A stretch of 64,000 nucleotides of DNA from Torpedo marmorata (lineage: Eukaryota): positions 67,828,001-67,892,000 of the forward strand of contig OZ360236.1 in the NCBI GenBank assembly GCA_977017645.1, read 5' to 3'. Numbering within the stretch: position 1 is the stretch's first letter; every line of letters starts with the position of its first letter. Under the pieces are notes generated by a model, which had not been told where the DNA came from, searched no databases, and worked only from the letters and a program-made list of their open reading frames with translations. Made by a program: the position numbers and the translations under genes. Of this stretch, positions 11,688 to 24,267 are shown in pieces.

Positions 11688-14600
11688 TTAAAAAAAAAAA
11701 AAATTATTTAAATTTTTAAATCACAAAATACATAAATCAAAATATATAACTTTCAAAATAAATGTGATATATATTTCCTCCCCCCATACCCACCCTCCCT
11801 TCCCAAACCCCCCATCCCCACTATTCTAAAAAATAATAATAAAAAAAAAGTATAGTAAAAAAGAAAGAAGAAAAAGATAGATTAATAGTAAGGGGAGAAC
11901 CATCTACAAACTAATTTTATCATGGAGGTTAAACTCGCCAGTAGACCTGATATCTAGAGATTTCAAATCATTAAACCCATAACTCTCATATATGGGCTCC
12001 AAATTTTCAAAAATGAATGATACTTATTACGTAAATTATAAGTAATCTTTTCCAGTGGAATACACGAACGGAGTTCTGCATGCCACCTATCTAAACTTAA
12101 ATCTAAATCTGATTTCCAAGTAATAGCAATGCATTTTTTTGAAACAGCTAAAGCAATTCGTAAAAATTCTACCTGATACATATTCAATCTATTCCTAATA
12201 CTAAATTTTCTAATATCTCCAAATAAAAATAACATAGGATCCATTGGAAACATAACATTAAAAACTCTATCTAAAAAATTCTTAACTTTCAACCAAAAAT
12301 CTTGAATTTTTGAACATAACCATGTAGAGTGAACAAAAGAACCTACTTCACTCTTACATCTAAAACACAAATCTGATAATGTCGGATTAAATTTCTTTAA
12401 TTTTTTTGGTGTTAAATATAATTGATGGAAAAAATTATATTGTACTAATCTATATCTAACATTAATAACTTTAGTCATACTTAATTTACATAAATCTTTC
12501 CAATGATTTTCAGCTATATTAACATTTAAATCTAATTCCCATTTTAATCTTGATTTATGTAATCCTACTTTAGGCATTTTTCTCTGAAATAATTTATACA
12601 TTTGAGAAATAAACTTATTGACATTTGCTTTAGTTATTAATAATTCTAACTCATTTTGTCTTGGTGCAATCAAATCATCCTCTAATTTCTCAATCAAAAA
12701 AGCTTTAACTTGATAATAAGCTAACCATGTATTATCTAATACATTAAATTTTTCCTTCAATCTTTGAAACGTAACAAATCTTCCAGCCTCAAAACAATCT
12801 TTAAAATTCTTAATTCCTTTTTGAAACCATAATTTCAATAACTGATTATTAATAGTAAATGGTAAAAGTGGATTTTGATATAATGGCATATTTAAAGAAA
12901 TTAACCCTTTTCCACCTATTTCTTTATCTACCTGTGTCCATATTTCCAACAAAAGTTTAATAATCGGAGAATTTTTCTTTTTTACTGATAATAATTTAGA
13001 GTTCCACTTATAAATAATATCCTCTTTATAATTTTCTCCTATATTATTTAATTCTATATTAATCCAAGCAGAAGATTTAGCTAAATCAAAAAATTCATTA
13101 ACAAATTTTAATTGAGCTGCTTTATAATAATATTGAAAATTAGGAAGCTGAAATCCTCCCATCTCATAATTCCATGTTAATTTATCCATACTTACTCTTG
13201 CTAACTTCCCTTTCCATAAAAATTTCCTAATAATAAACTTTAAATCTTTGAAAAAAATTTTTGGAATTCCGAAAGGAATTGATTGAAAAAGATATTGAAT
13301 TCTTGGAAAAATATTCATCTTAATACAATTTACTCTTCCCATTAAAGTTATAGGCAAATCTTTCCAATTTTCCAAATCTTTCTTTATTTTCATAAATAAA
13401 GGTACATAATTTAATTTATACAAATTTTCTAATTTTGTATCCACTTTAACTCCCAAATATTTGATTCCTTCTTTTGCCCACTTAAATTCCGTAACCTCTC
13501 TACATCTAGTATAATCACCTTGAGATAAAGCCATTATCTCACTTTTATCTGAATTAATTTTATAACCAGATATTTCACCATATTCTGTTAACATAATAGC
13601 TAGTTGTTGAAGTGATGTAATAGATTTCGTCATATATATTAATACATCATCTGCCAACAAACTAATCTTATGTTCTTCCATACCTACTTTAATCCCTACT
13701 ATATTAGGGTCTATTCTAATCAATTCAGCCAAGGGTTCTATTGCCAAAACAAATAGGGCTGGTGACAGGGGACATCCCTGCCTCGTAGAACGCGTTAAAG
13801 GAAATTTTGGCGATATTTGTCAATTCGTAATTACTTTAGCTGTAGGTTCTCTATATATAGTTTTAATCCAATTTATAAAAGTATTCCCAAAACCAAATTT
13901 CTCTAACACCTTAAATAAAAAATTCCATTCTAATCTGTCAAAAGCCTTTTCTGCATCTAGCGTTACAACCAATGGTAAATCCTGTTTCTTTTTATATAAA
14001 TTAATTAAATTTATTAATCTAGCTATATTATCTTTTGAATATCTATTTTTAATAAAGCCAGCTTGATCTGGATGTATCAAATTTGGTAAATATTTAGCTA
14101 TTCTATTAGCCAAAATTTTTGCCATTATTTTATAGTCTACATTTAACAAAGAAATAGGTCTATATGACTCAGTTTTTAATACATCTCTATCTTTCTTTGG
14201 TATAACTGTGATAATAGCATTCAAAAATGTTTTCGGTAATAAATGGGTTTCCGTAATTTGATTCAATACTTCCATATATGGAGGTATTAATAAATCTTTA
14301 AATTCCTTATAAAATTCTACTGGAAATCCATCATCACCAGGGGATTTACCACTTTTCAACGTCGAAAGAACCTCACTAACTTCTCTCATCGTAAAAGGTA
14401 AATCCAAAGAATTTTTATTCTGAATATTCAATTTAGGTAAAGTAATTTTAGATAGAAATCTATTAATCTTCAAATCATCATGATCAACCTGAGATCTGTA
14501 TAAATTCTGATAATAATCTTTAAAAGATTCATTTATTTCTTGGGGTTTATAAGTTATTTCTCCAGTATTTTTTTTCTTTATAGCATTTATAGTTTTAGAA

Positions 14601-16165
14601 ATTTGCTCTTTTTTCAATTGCCATGCTAAAACCTTATGAGCTTTTTCCCCTAATTCATAATATCTTTGCTTCATTCCTTCAATTAATTTTTCCGTTTTAT
14701 AAGTTTGTAATAAATTTTAATGTAATTTCCTCCTTATTAAACGATTTCTCTTACGAATTGATTTATTTCTCTGTAAATCTTTTTCCATAAGCTCAATCTC
14801 CTTCTCTAATTTTTCTGCTTCTTTCAAATAATCTTTCTTAATTTTTACCGAATAGCTTATTATCAAACCTCTTAAATAAGCTTTTAAAGTTTCCCAAATT
14901 ATAAATTTATCATTAATCGATTGACCATTTATCCTCAAAAATTCCTGAATTTCTCTTCTTATATATTCACAAAAATCTTTCCTTTTCAATAAAGAAGGAT
15001 CAAATCTCCAATTAAATATAGTTTTCTCTTTTTCTGGAATTATACAAGTCATTAGCAAAGGCGAATGGTCTGAAATTATTCTCGCTTTATAAGATACTTG
15101 TGATATTCTATCTTGAATTTGTGAAGATAATAAAAATAAATCTATCCTAGAATATGAATCATGTCTAAAAGAATAAAATGAATAATCTTTCTCTCTAGGA
15201 TTCAATTTTCTCCAGATATCTATTAAATTCATATCTTTCATCAAACTAATAATTCTTTTAACTATTTTGGGTCTAACAGACGATCTAGAGGTCCTATCCA
15301 TTATTGAATCTAAACAACAATTGAAATCTCCCCCAATTAAAATATTTTCCTTAGCATCTGATAAATGTAAAAATGCATCTTGAATAAATTGTTCATCATC
15401 TGGATTTGAAACATATACATTCATAAGAGTCCAAAATTCTGAATAAATCTGACAATATACCAAAACATATCTTCCTGCCACATCTGTCACTACCGATTGT
15501 ATCTTAAAAGGTAGTTTTTTATTAACTAAAATTGCTACCCCTCTAGCTTTAGAATTAAATGTAGAAGCTACCACATGTCCAACCCAATCTCTTTTTAATT
15601 TTTGATGTTCAACCTCTGTTAAATGGGTTTCTTGTAAAAAAAGCTATTTCTACTTTCAACTTTTTCATATATGCCAAAGTCCTTTTTCTCTTAATTGGGT
15701 CATTAAGCCCATTTATATTAATACTTACTAAATTTATACTTCTAGAATCCACCATAATCAAATTGTAACCTTTCTCTGTCCATCAAATCCACTAGCGTTC
15801 CCCTCCTAAATTGCACTCTACATATTCTCCCCTCAAGTAAAGCAAAAGATAGACATACAAAAAAGAAAAATTCCCTTGAAAAAAACACTGGTATTTCTAT
15901 CCCAGTGTTACCCCCCTCCATTGTTCGAGAAGCAGCTCTCGCCGCTAAGGTGGTGATTGGTTCGGAAGAAGTGCCAATGAGTCCACCTCCCCCCAACAGA
16001 TCAAAATAAATTTATACAGCATAAATTCAATTAACTCCTCCCAAAACCAGTTCTTCTTGTTCTTCTTCAACTTGAACTAGAATATTTCCTTCTCTTGGTG
16101 AAGCAGATGGCAAAACAACTTGTCCTTGTTGAATTTCTTGATCTTGCTCTTGCTGCCGCGGAGTA
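11688..16165 (-). mobile_element. 5'-truncated L1 (L1-B) inserted in Gypsy gag
   Basis: 11-bp TSD GAACTCTGGCT (11677-11687 / 16166-16176); contains the ORF1 3' end, spacer, ORF2 and 3' UTR. Confidence 0.93.
11963..15755 (-). pseudogene. L1-B ORF2, few disruptions
   Basis: APE, RT and CFRC...HSTWLC motifs in ORFs 14717-15574, 13820-14674 and 11963-13747; ATG at 15755. Confidence 0.93.
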
Positions 16166-16685
16166 GAACTCTGGCTAATCTGTTTCGAGTAGTTTCTAAG
16201 GACGATCAAAGTGGAAGGCGAAGACGGAAAACGCATGGTCCTCGTCTCTAGGGTAAGCCCCCGAGTTTACTCGACGATCCAAGATTTTCAGACTTACGAG
16301 GACGCCATGGATGCCTTAAAACGGCTGTATATAATGCCTGTGAACTCAGTATACGCGAGGCACAGGCTAACGACGCGGCAGCAGCGGCCCGGGGAGTCGA
16401 TCACAGAATTCGTACGGGACATACAGTCACTCGTGCGGGCGTGCGACTGCAGGGCGCTGACGGCGGAGCACCATGCAGAGCTGTTGGGGAGAGACACTTT
16501 CGTCACGGGGATCAGGTCAGTATATGTGCGCCAGCGGCTGCTGGAGCATGCTGACCTGACCTTTCGTTCTGCCGTTCAAATGGCCCATACGCTGGAGGCC
16601 GCGCTGCGGAACTCGGACGCTATGCAAGCGCATGACCTCCAGCAGGCCCCGTGGATGGCACTGACTCCCAACCCTGCCAGCGATT

Positions 16686-16767
16686 CGACTACCGCCGCCG
16701 TCAGCCGCGACCCGACTACCGCCGCCGTCAGCCGCGACCCGACTACCGCCGCCGCCAGCCGTGAGCC
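16686..16767 (+). repeat. 27-bp x3 in-frame tandem repeat in gag (TTAAVSRDP)
   Basis: CGACTACCGCCGCCGTCAGCCGCGACC repeated. Confidence 0.9.
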
Positions 16768-19700
16768 CGAGAAATGTTATTTCTGCGGGCTCGAGAAGCA
16801 CCCTCGAAAACGCTGCCCGGCCCGAGACGCGACCTGCTCCAGCTGTGGCAAGAAAGGCCACTTCGTGAAGGCCTGCCGCTCAAAGCCGCGAGCGGGTCCG
16901 AGCAGCGCCGCGTGCGGGATTCAGGGGCGGCCATCTTACCTTTCATCACTTCCGGCGTCCTACCCACCCGCAGTTGCCAACACGTGCGAAGAATGGAGGC
17001 GGCCATCTTGGACCTCGGCACTTCCGGCGCCGCCATCTTACTGCTCCGATGCCAACACATGCGACCCACGGAGGCGGCCATCTTCTTCAACTCCGATGTC
17101 GGATCAAGATTACGAACCTACACTGGCGTCAGTGACGCTCGACCAGAGTGCACCCCATCAACTATCAAGATCGATGATGGACATCCTGGTTGGAGGACAC
17201 AGAACAAACTGCCTGTTCGACACAGGCAGTACAGAGAGTTTCATTCACCCCGACACGGTACTGCGATGTGGCCTCTCAACATTGCCGGTAAGCCAAAGGG
17301 TTGCCATGGCTTCCGGGTCGCACACAACAGACATCCGGGGGGGTTGTGTAGCGACGATAGTAGTACAGGGCACGGAATATCGGGACTTCTCACTACTAGT
17401 CATGCCTCGACTGTGTGCGCCTGTACTACTGGGACTCGATTTCCAGAGTCACCTACAGAGCGTTACCATGCAATATGACGGGCCCCTTCCAGCGATTACC
17501 GTTGGCAACCACCAGTACCTTAAAAACACATCCCAGACTACCTGCGGCCTCTCCACCCTCAAGATCTCACCCCCATCGCTATTTGCCAACCTGACCCCTG
17601 ACTGTAAACCAGTGGCGACCAAGAGCAGGCGATACAGCGCAGGGGACAGGACATTTATCAAGTCGGAGGTGAGGCGATTGCTTGGGGAAGGGATCATTGA
17701 ACCAAGCACAAGTCCCTGGAGGGCCCAGGTAGTCGTAGTAAAGAATGGGAGCAAAAATAGGATGGTGGTGGATTATAGCCAGACGATTAACAGGTTCACG
17801 CAGCTGGACGCATACCCCCTACCACGCATTGCGGATATGGTGAACCAGATAGCGCAATACAAGCTATTTTCTACCATAGACCTCAAATCGGCCTACCACC
17901 AGCTCCCTATTCGCCGGGAGGACCGCGCTTACACTGCCTTTGAGGTGGACGGCAGGCTTTATCATTTCCTGCGCGTCCCCTTTGGGGTCACTAATGGGGT
18001 GTCCGTCTTCCAGAGGGAGATGGACAGGATAGTGGACCAGTTCGATCTCAAAGCCACTTTCCCGTACCTGGACGACATCACTATCTGTGGTCACGATCGC
18101 CAGGACCACGATAACAACCTCCGGAAGTTCCTCCAGGCGGCCAAAGCACTTAACCTCACGTACAATAAGGATAAGTGCGTGTTCGGGACCACCCGACTCG
18201 CCATCCTGGGGTGTGTCGTGGAGAACGGTGTCATCAGCCCCGACCCTGACCGCATGCGCCCCCTGTTGGAACTACCGCTTCCCCACACCCTCAAAGCCCT
18301 CAAAAGGTGCTTGGGCTTCTTTTCCTACTACGCCCAATGGGTCCCCAATTACGCAGATAAGGCCCGCCCCCTTGTCAAGTCCACCACGTTTACCCTTGCA
18401 ACGGAGGCACATGAGGCTTTCAGCCTTATAAAAGGGGACATTGCTAGAGCTGCAATGCATGCGGTGGACGAGTCCACTCCCTTCCAGGTAGAGAGTGACG
18501 CGTCCGACTTCGCACTGGCTGCTACCCTCAACCAGGCGGGAAGACCGGTGGCGTTCTTCTCCCGTACCCTCCAAGGCCCCGAGATTCGGCACTCCGCGGT
18601 GGAGAAAGAGGCCCAGGCCATAGTGGAAGCTATTCGGCGCTGGAGGCACTATCTCGCCGGCAAAAGGTTTACTCTGCTGACTGACCAACGCTCAGTAACG
18701 TTTATGTTTAACAATCAGCAGCGGGGTAAAATCAAAAATGATAAAATCATGAGGTGGATAATCGAACTCTCCACCTACAACTACGATATACTGTACCGGC
18801 CCGGGAAGCTCAATGAGCCCTCCAATGCTCTATCCCGAGGGACGTGCGCTAGCGCACAGATCGACCGGCTGTACGCCCTCCACTGTGACCTCTGCCACCC
18901 CGGAGTTACCAGGCTGTTCCATTTTGTGAAGGCCCATTACCTACCCTACTCCCTAGAGGAGGTCAGGACAATGACCAGCAGCTGCCAGGTCTGCGCGGAG
19001 TGCAAACCGCAATTCTATCGCCCTGACAAGGCACAGCTGGTCAAGGCCACCCGCCCCTTCGAGCGACTCAGCATCGACTTCAAGGGTCCCCTCCCCTCCA
19101 CCGACCGCAACGTGTACTTTCTGAATGTGATTGACGAGTACTCGCGGTTCCCCTTTGCTATTCCCTGCCCCGATACCTCGGCCATATCCGTCATTCAAGC
19201 TCTTCGCAAAATATTTACCTTATTTGGTTTCCCCAGCTATATACATAGCGACTGGGGATCCGCGTTTATGAGTGAAAAGCTGCGACAATACCTGCTGGCC
19301 AGGGGTATTGTCACTAGCAGGACCACGGCCTACAATCCACGGGGTAACGGACAAGTGGAAAGGGAGAACACCACTGTCTGGAAGGCCACGCTCTTAGCCC
19401 TCAAGTCTAAGGGATTGCCAGTCTCCCGCTGGCAAGAAGTCCTCCCCGAGGCCCTCCATTCTATTCGGTCCCTGCTGTGTACTTCCACTAATGCGACTCC
19501 TCACGAAAGACTCTTTTCCTTCCCTAGGAAGTCGACCACCGGGACCACCCTACCTGCATGGCTGACGTCCACAGGACCGGTGCTGCTCCGCAAGCACCTT
19601 AGGAGTAATAAATATGCACCGATGGTCGAGAGGGTCCAGTTAGCCCATGCCAACCCCCAGTACGCCTACGTGGTCTTCCCTGTTGGGCGGGAAGACACCG

Positions 19701-19862
19701 TCTCCATACGGGACCTAGCGCCCGCAGGAGCGCTGGAAACTGCCCTCGAACACCCCATTGTTACAATTACCCACCCCAACACGACACCGCACCCTCCAAC
19801 ACTTTCACTGTTACCGGCCGTTCCGGTACCACAAATCAGGCAGGAGGCAGCTCTGCCGCCTC

Positions 19863-19936
19863 CCCCATCACCATAGGTACTATCGCCCACCCCATCACCA
19901 CAGGTACTATCGCCCACCCCATCACCACAAGTACTG
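19863..19936 (+). repeat. 27-bp x~3 in-frame tandem repeat in the integrase tail
   Basis: CCCCATCACCACAGGTACTATCGCCCA repeated; first copy has CAG>TAG. Confidence 0.85.
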
Positions 19937-20078
19937 CGCAGATCGCAACGTCGGACTCGACCGCCTGATCGGCTTGATCTGTAACTGTAATATATCTTTG
20001 TACATAGTTCATATTTCTGTAACGTATTATTAGTGTTCACTTCACCCCGCTGGACTCTTTATAAAATGGAGGGGTGAA

Positions 20079-20299
20079 TGTGGTAAACCACTGTATATGT
20101 GTTGTGGGCTAGGGATAGGTTTGGACATGTCCCGGTGACTCCTCCCACAATCCCCTTGAATAAAGGCCATTGTGCCACAACTCCTCCCCCAGTCCGTGAC
20201 AGATCAGCAGCTCGAATGTAGCTCCATTCTATAACCAATAAAAGCCTTTCAGTTCATATACAACTTCCAGTCTTTTGGGAGTCATTGATAGGTGTATCA
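20079..20299 (+). repeat. 3' LTR of element 2 (221 bp)
   Basis: Direct repeat of 11353-11585, preceded by the PPT. Confidence 0.95.
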
Positions 20300-20419
20300 A
20301 TCTTATAAACAATTTTTGATTATATCTGTGGGGAGAGGTGTATTTCCACATCTCTCACCTACGCCATCAAACCACGCCCCCCATACTTTGAGCTTCTGTT
20401 CGCTTTTCATTTTAAGTCT

Positions 20420-20830
20420 TCATCCCACTTGCACTTTTACCCCTCTGCCCTCGACCTTGTGCTCATCATCAATGAAACCTTGAGGAACGGCCCCCCCCCC
20501 ATTCACTGGGCACTACAGTGCTCTGACTTCAGATCACTTTCACTTTAGGCAGCAATGATTCAGGTATTGCCACTTACACCAACATCTGACGCGACTTTTG
20601 TTTTTGTATTCTGTTTGTATACTCTTCTAATCCCTCCCGTCTTGCATCCTATCACAGGTCTTGTGTTCGACCTTGTCATTTGTCTTTTATCTATCTCAGT
20701 TCTTGCTGAAAATGATTACGGTCCAACATTTTCCAGGTCTGATGTGAGATCCTGAAGGTTGACTAAGTTTCTCTCTCCACACATGCTGCCTGATCTGCTG
20801 AGCATTTCCTGTTTTTATTCTGATTTTGAC
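20420..20830 (+). mobile_element. Degraded Penelope-like terminal region
   Basis: Pyrimidine-rich tract followed by TCTGATG...CTGAAGGTTGAC...TTTCTCTCTCCACACATGCTGCCTGATCTGCTGAG, a unit that recurs across the window. Confidence 0.45.
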
Positions 20831-20914
20831 AGTAACGAGCCTATTGCAGAAGGGGTTAATTGCTCCATTCAATTGGTGCTGGTTCCTTGCAAGACCACTT
20901 ATGCTTAGCCATGC

Positions 20915-21555
20915 TCTGTAAGATGCACATCAATATCTCTACTTTCTAAGAAGTCTGAGGAGATTTGGCATGGCGTCGAATACTCCATCAAACTTCTACA
21001 GGTGCTCTGTGGAAAGTATACTGACTGATTGATCACAGCCTAGTTTGGTAATTTGATTGCCCAGGAACGCAGAAGGCTGCAGAAGGTAGCAAACATAGCC
21101 AAGATCATCACGGGCTCCGACCTCCCATCCATTAAAGTCATCTATGTGAGGCACTGCCTCAAGAAGGCAGCCAACATCATTAAGGACCGCCAACACCCTG
21201 ATTACAAGCTCTTCTCGCTGCTACCTTTGGGAAGAAGGTACAGAAGCCTAAAGTCTAGCACCTCTAAGCTCAGGAACAGTTTCTTTCCAACTGCTATCAG
21301 GTTTTTGAACATTTCTTATTGCACTAATCATTAACTACTCTGACACCACCAAAATGGTGGTCTGCATTATTGCAATACCACTTCTTCTCTTGCACTATGG
21401 TAACTGTGAATCTTCATTATCTATCTTTTATATTATCTCTTTTAATTTAATGTATACTTTTGTAGTGTTTTTTTTTTAATGAAGTACCTTTTCGGCTACA
21501 GCAAATAAAAATTTCAGTGCATATGTACATGACAATAAACTCATCATTATCATCG
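20915..21555 (+). mobile_element. Rex1/Babar LINE 3' fragment
   Basis: LQKVANIAKIITG..LPSI..IY.RHCLKKAANIIKD..HP...LFSLLPLGRRYRSL; tail ATGACAATAAAC(TCA)n. Confidence 0.8.
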
Positions 21556-21599
21556 TTCTCTACCTTGACGTCCCTTTTTTCAATTATTCTTGCAACGCC

Positions 21600-22595
21600 T
21601 TCTCCTGTTTCACACAAGAGTATTTCATCTTCTGACAATTATGAGTGGAAAAGGAATTCCACCATTTACAAATTTGTTGATGATACCACAGTAGTGGGCT
21701 GTATAAAAAAGGGCAATGAGTCAGCATACAGGAGGGAGATTGAAAATCTGGCTGAATGGAGTACTAACAACAACCTCTCACTCAATGACACCAAAACCAA
21801 GGAGCTGATTGTAGACTTTAGGAAGGGAAAACCAGAGGTGTACGATCTAGTGATCATTGGGGGATCAGCGGTGGAGAGGGTGAGCAAATTTAAATTCTGA
21901 GAGTCGCTATCTCGGAGGACGTTTCCTGGACCCAACACAAGAATGTCATCATGAAGAAAGCACGTCAGCACCTTTACTTCCTCAGGAGTTTGTGGAGGTT
22001 CAGTATGACATTGGAAACCTTGGCAAACGTCTATAGATGTGTAGTGGAAGGTGTGCTGACCGGCTGCATCATGGCCTGTTATAGGGGCACCAATACCTCT
22101 GAGCAGAAAGCCCTGCAAAAGGTAGTGGACACAGCCCAGTACATCACAGGGAAAACTCTTCCCACCATCGAGAAAATCTACATGGAATGCTGCTGTCGGA
22201 GATCAGCTGCAATCATCAAGTATCCACATTAGCCCCAGGACATGCTCGCTGCTGCCATCAGGAAAGAGGTGTAGGTGCCACAAGACTGGTACAGTACCAC
22301 AAGGTTCAGGAACAGTTACTACCATCAAACTCCTAAACAGCAGACTGAATTAGAGACTAATTTAAGAACTTTTACTTTGCACATTATTTATTATTGAATA
22401 CTTTTTCTGTATTTGCAATCATTTTTACATTTTTTCTTTGTTTACATTTCTCTCTTTTGCATTTGTATCTTTTTCTTAAGTACAGTTTTCACTACCGATA
22501 AGTAGAAATTCTGCCTGGCACGCAGGAGAAAGAATCTCAAGGTTTTATGAGATGTCATGTACGTGCTCCAACAATAAATTTGAACTTGAATTTGA
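21600..22595 (+). mobile_element. Rex1/Babar LINE 3' fragment
   Basis: KFVDDTTVVG, KTKELIVDFRK, KKARQHLYFLR; tail AATAAATTTGAACTTGAA. Confidence 0.82.
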
Positions 22596-23061
22596 ATTCT
22601 CTTTATTTCATCTTTTTTGCCAATGATTTGTAATCACCGTCTGGATATTCATCTACTAACCTGAGGAAATAATTTGTCTCCCTTGTATTTTTATTTGTAC
22701 CATTTGCATATTAATAAACTTAATATCATAATGTGTATTCTACTTCGGAAAATTAGTACAACATGCAATGCATAGTAAGAAAACAGAAATTAATTTGGTA
22801 ATAATTAATTCTGTGCAATTTATTTTAATGGTTGACAAATATAATTCTGTTTCAGGGAAAGAAAAAAAATTCTGTTCAGCTACAAGTTTGTTAAATTTAT
22901 TTCTCATTTCAATAAAGGATTTAATCCCTTGATTAATCTGTTATCAAAATTTGGGAAAGGCCATTTTGTTACAAAGGCAATTTTGTGTACAGCACGAGAA
23001 TTATACAGCATGATTTTAATAGTTCACAACTTTGGTGGATATAGATAACTTGTGAGGTTGC

Positions 23062-23480
23062 AGTAAACAAACTGCTGGAGGAACTCAGCAGATTATGGAG
23101 TATTTGTGGGCCAACAGAAGTGTCAACGTTTCAGGTCGAGACCCTGCAATGAGTCCTATGCAGGGTCTGTCTGCGTGGAGTTTGCACATTCTACCTGTGA
23201 CCACATCATTTCTACTAGTCCTCCAGTTTCCTCCCACATGCCAAAGATCTGCGGGTTAATGGGTTAATTGGTCCCTAGTGCATAGATTCTGAGGGAGGTG
23301 ACAAGAATGTGTGAGAAATGTGGGATTTGTGTGACTAGATGGTTGATTGACAGTACAGACTTGGTGGGCCAAAGATTTCAGGTTGAAGACCCTTTGTCAT
23401 AACATTGTCAGTCCACTCTGTTTCTCTTCTCACAGATGTGGCCTGAGCTGCTGAATATTTCCAACATTTTTGGTTTTTAT
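23062..23480. repeat. Inverted pair of Penelope-like repeats with a degraded V-SINE fragment in the centre
   Basis: CTGCTGGAGGAACTCAGCA... left arm and ...CACAGATGTGGCCTGAGCTGCTGAA right arm; V-domain-like sequence at 23165-23370. Confidence 0.55.
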
Positions 23481-24267
23481 TGTAGTATATTTGCAACTTT
23501 AGCCCACAGCAATATTGATGATGCAAAAATGGTCAGCAAGCTATTCTGTTCAAAGGCAATCCGAGTGAGAAATATATGGTGGCCTTGCCATCAGTGCCCA
23601 TATCCTGAAAAATTAACTTAAAACTGCCTTTCACAAGTTCAATATCACTAAATGATTTACAAAGAAACACTTTCTGAAATATGATTACTATTGCAATGCA
23701 GGAAATTAGTTTAAATATGTCTGGTACATGATTAAGTAACATTTTGTGGATATCGTTCAAAGGAGTTCTGAAAGATGATTTGTACATCCTCTATGGGACT
23801 TACAAAACGAAGGAGACGCTGAAGCAATAGGACATAGGGTGGAAGGAAGCTCACAATGTGCAATTCATGGACATAAACCAGCATGGTTTCTCTCAGGATG
23901 CTTCTTAGCTTTCAGTCTTACTGCAAGTTTTAAAGGGGCAAGGAAGTTTAATGACTCTGCCAAGATTATCTGCAGCCTTTTAACAAAAAAAGCAACACAA
24001 AAAGAACATTTCTGTCATTATCAGAGTGGAGTGATATTTGGGCACACCATCTCTTTATCTGCACTGCAAAAAATCAAAGTTGGCAGTTGTGATTTTGGAA
24101 CTGTTAACACAACATGTAATAATGAAGGTGCGAGCCTTCAAATGATTTTAAGATTTCACCTTCCAATCCCTAGAACCTTTGAAAGAAATCTTTTGATACC
24201 CAATTTTGTGCAACTCTTAATCTACATTTCAATCATTCACTCAAGCATTAGTGCTACTCTCTCATAT

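Larger units (their letters stand above)
16177..19984 (+). pseudogene. Element 2 gag-pol (two CCHC knuckles, protease, RT, RNase H, integrase)
   Basis: 1221-aa ORF: CYFC..H..C / CSSCGKKGH...C, LFDTGS, YLDD, DASD, D-D-E; premature TAG at 16190 and 19874; frame continues to RPPDRLDL* at 19984, as in element 1. Confidence 0.95.
11353..20299 (+). mobile_element. Complete Ty3/Gypsy LTR retrotransposon (element 2), single gag-pol frame, Mag-like double zinc knuckle
   Basis: 5-bp TSD ATCTT (11348-11352 / 20300-20304); paired LTRs; domain order gag-PR-RT-RH-IN. Confidence 0.95.
5556..20382 (-). mobile_element. Full-length L1 retrotransposon (L1-A), interrupted in its 5' UTR by a Gypsy element
   Basis: TSD ATACTTTAAGCTTCT (5541-5555) / ATACTTTGAGCTTCT (20383-20397); 5' end GGGGGGCGTGGTTTGATGGCG on the - strand; ORF1, ORF2 and a G-rich 3' UTR are present. 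Confidence 0.9.

Noticed and set aside
15884-16000. Assignment of the L1 spacer structure to HDV-like, twister or pistol ribozymes
   Set aside because: Only superficial similarity; I could not place the catalytic residues or all required pairings in both copies.
16190-16192. Programmed stop-codon readthrough in gag
   Set aside because: The TAG falls about 30 codons into gag rather than at the gag/pol boundary, so it is most simply a post-insertion mutation; the TAG at 19874 is CAG/CAA in the sister repeats.
16294-19198. Overlapping and antisense short ORFs within Gypsy gag-pol
   Set aside because: Expected by-products of GC-rich coding sequence; no recognisable domains.
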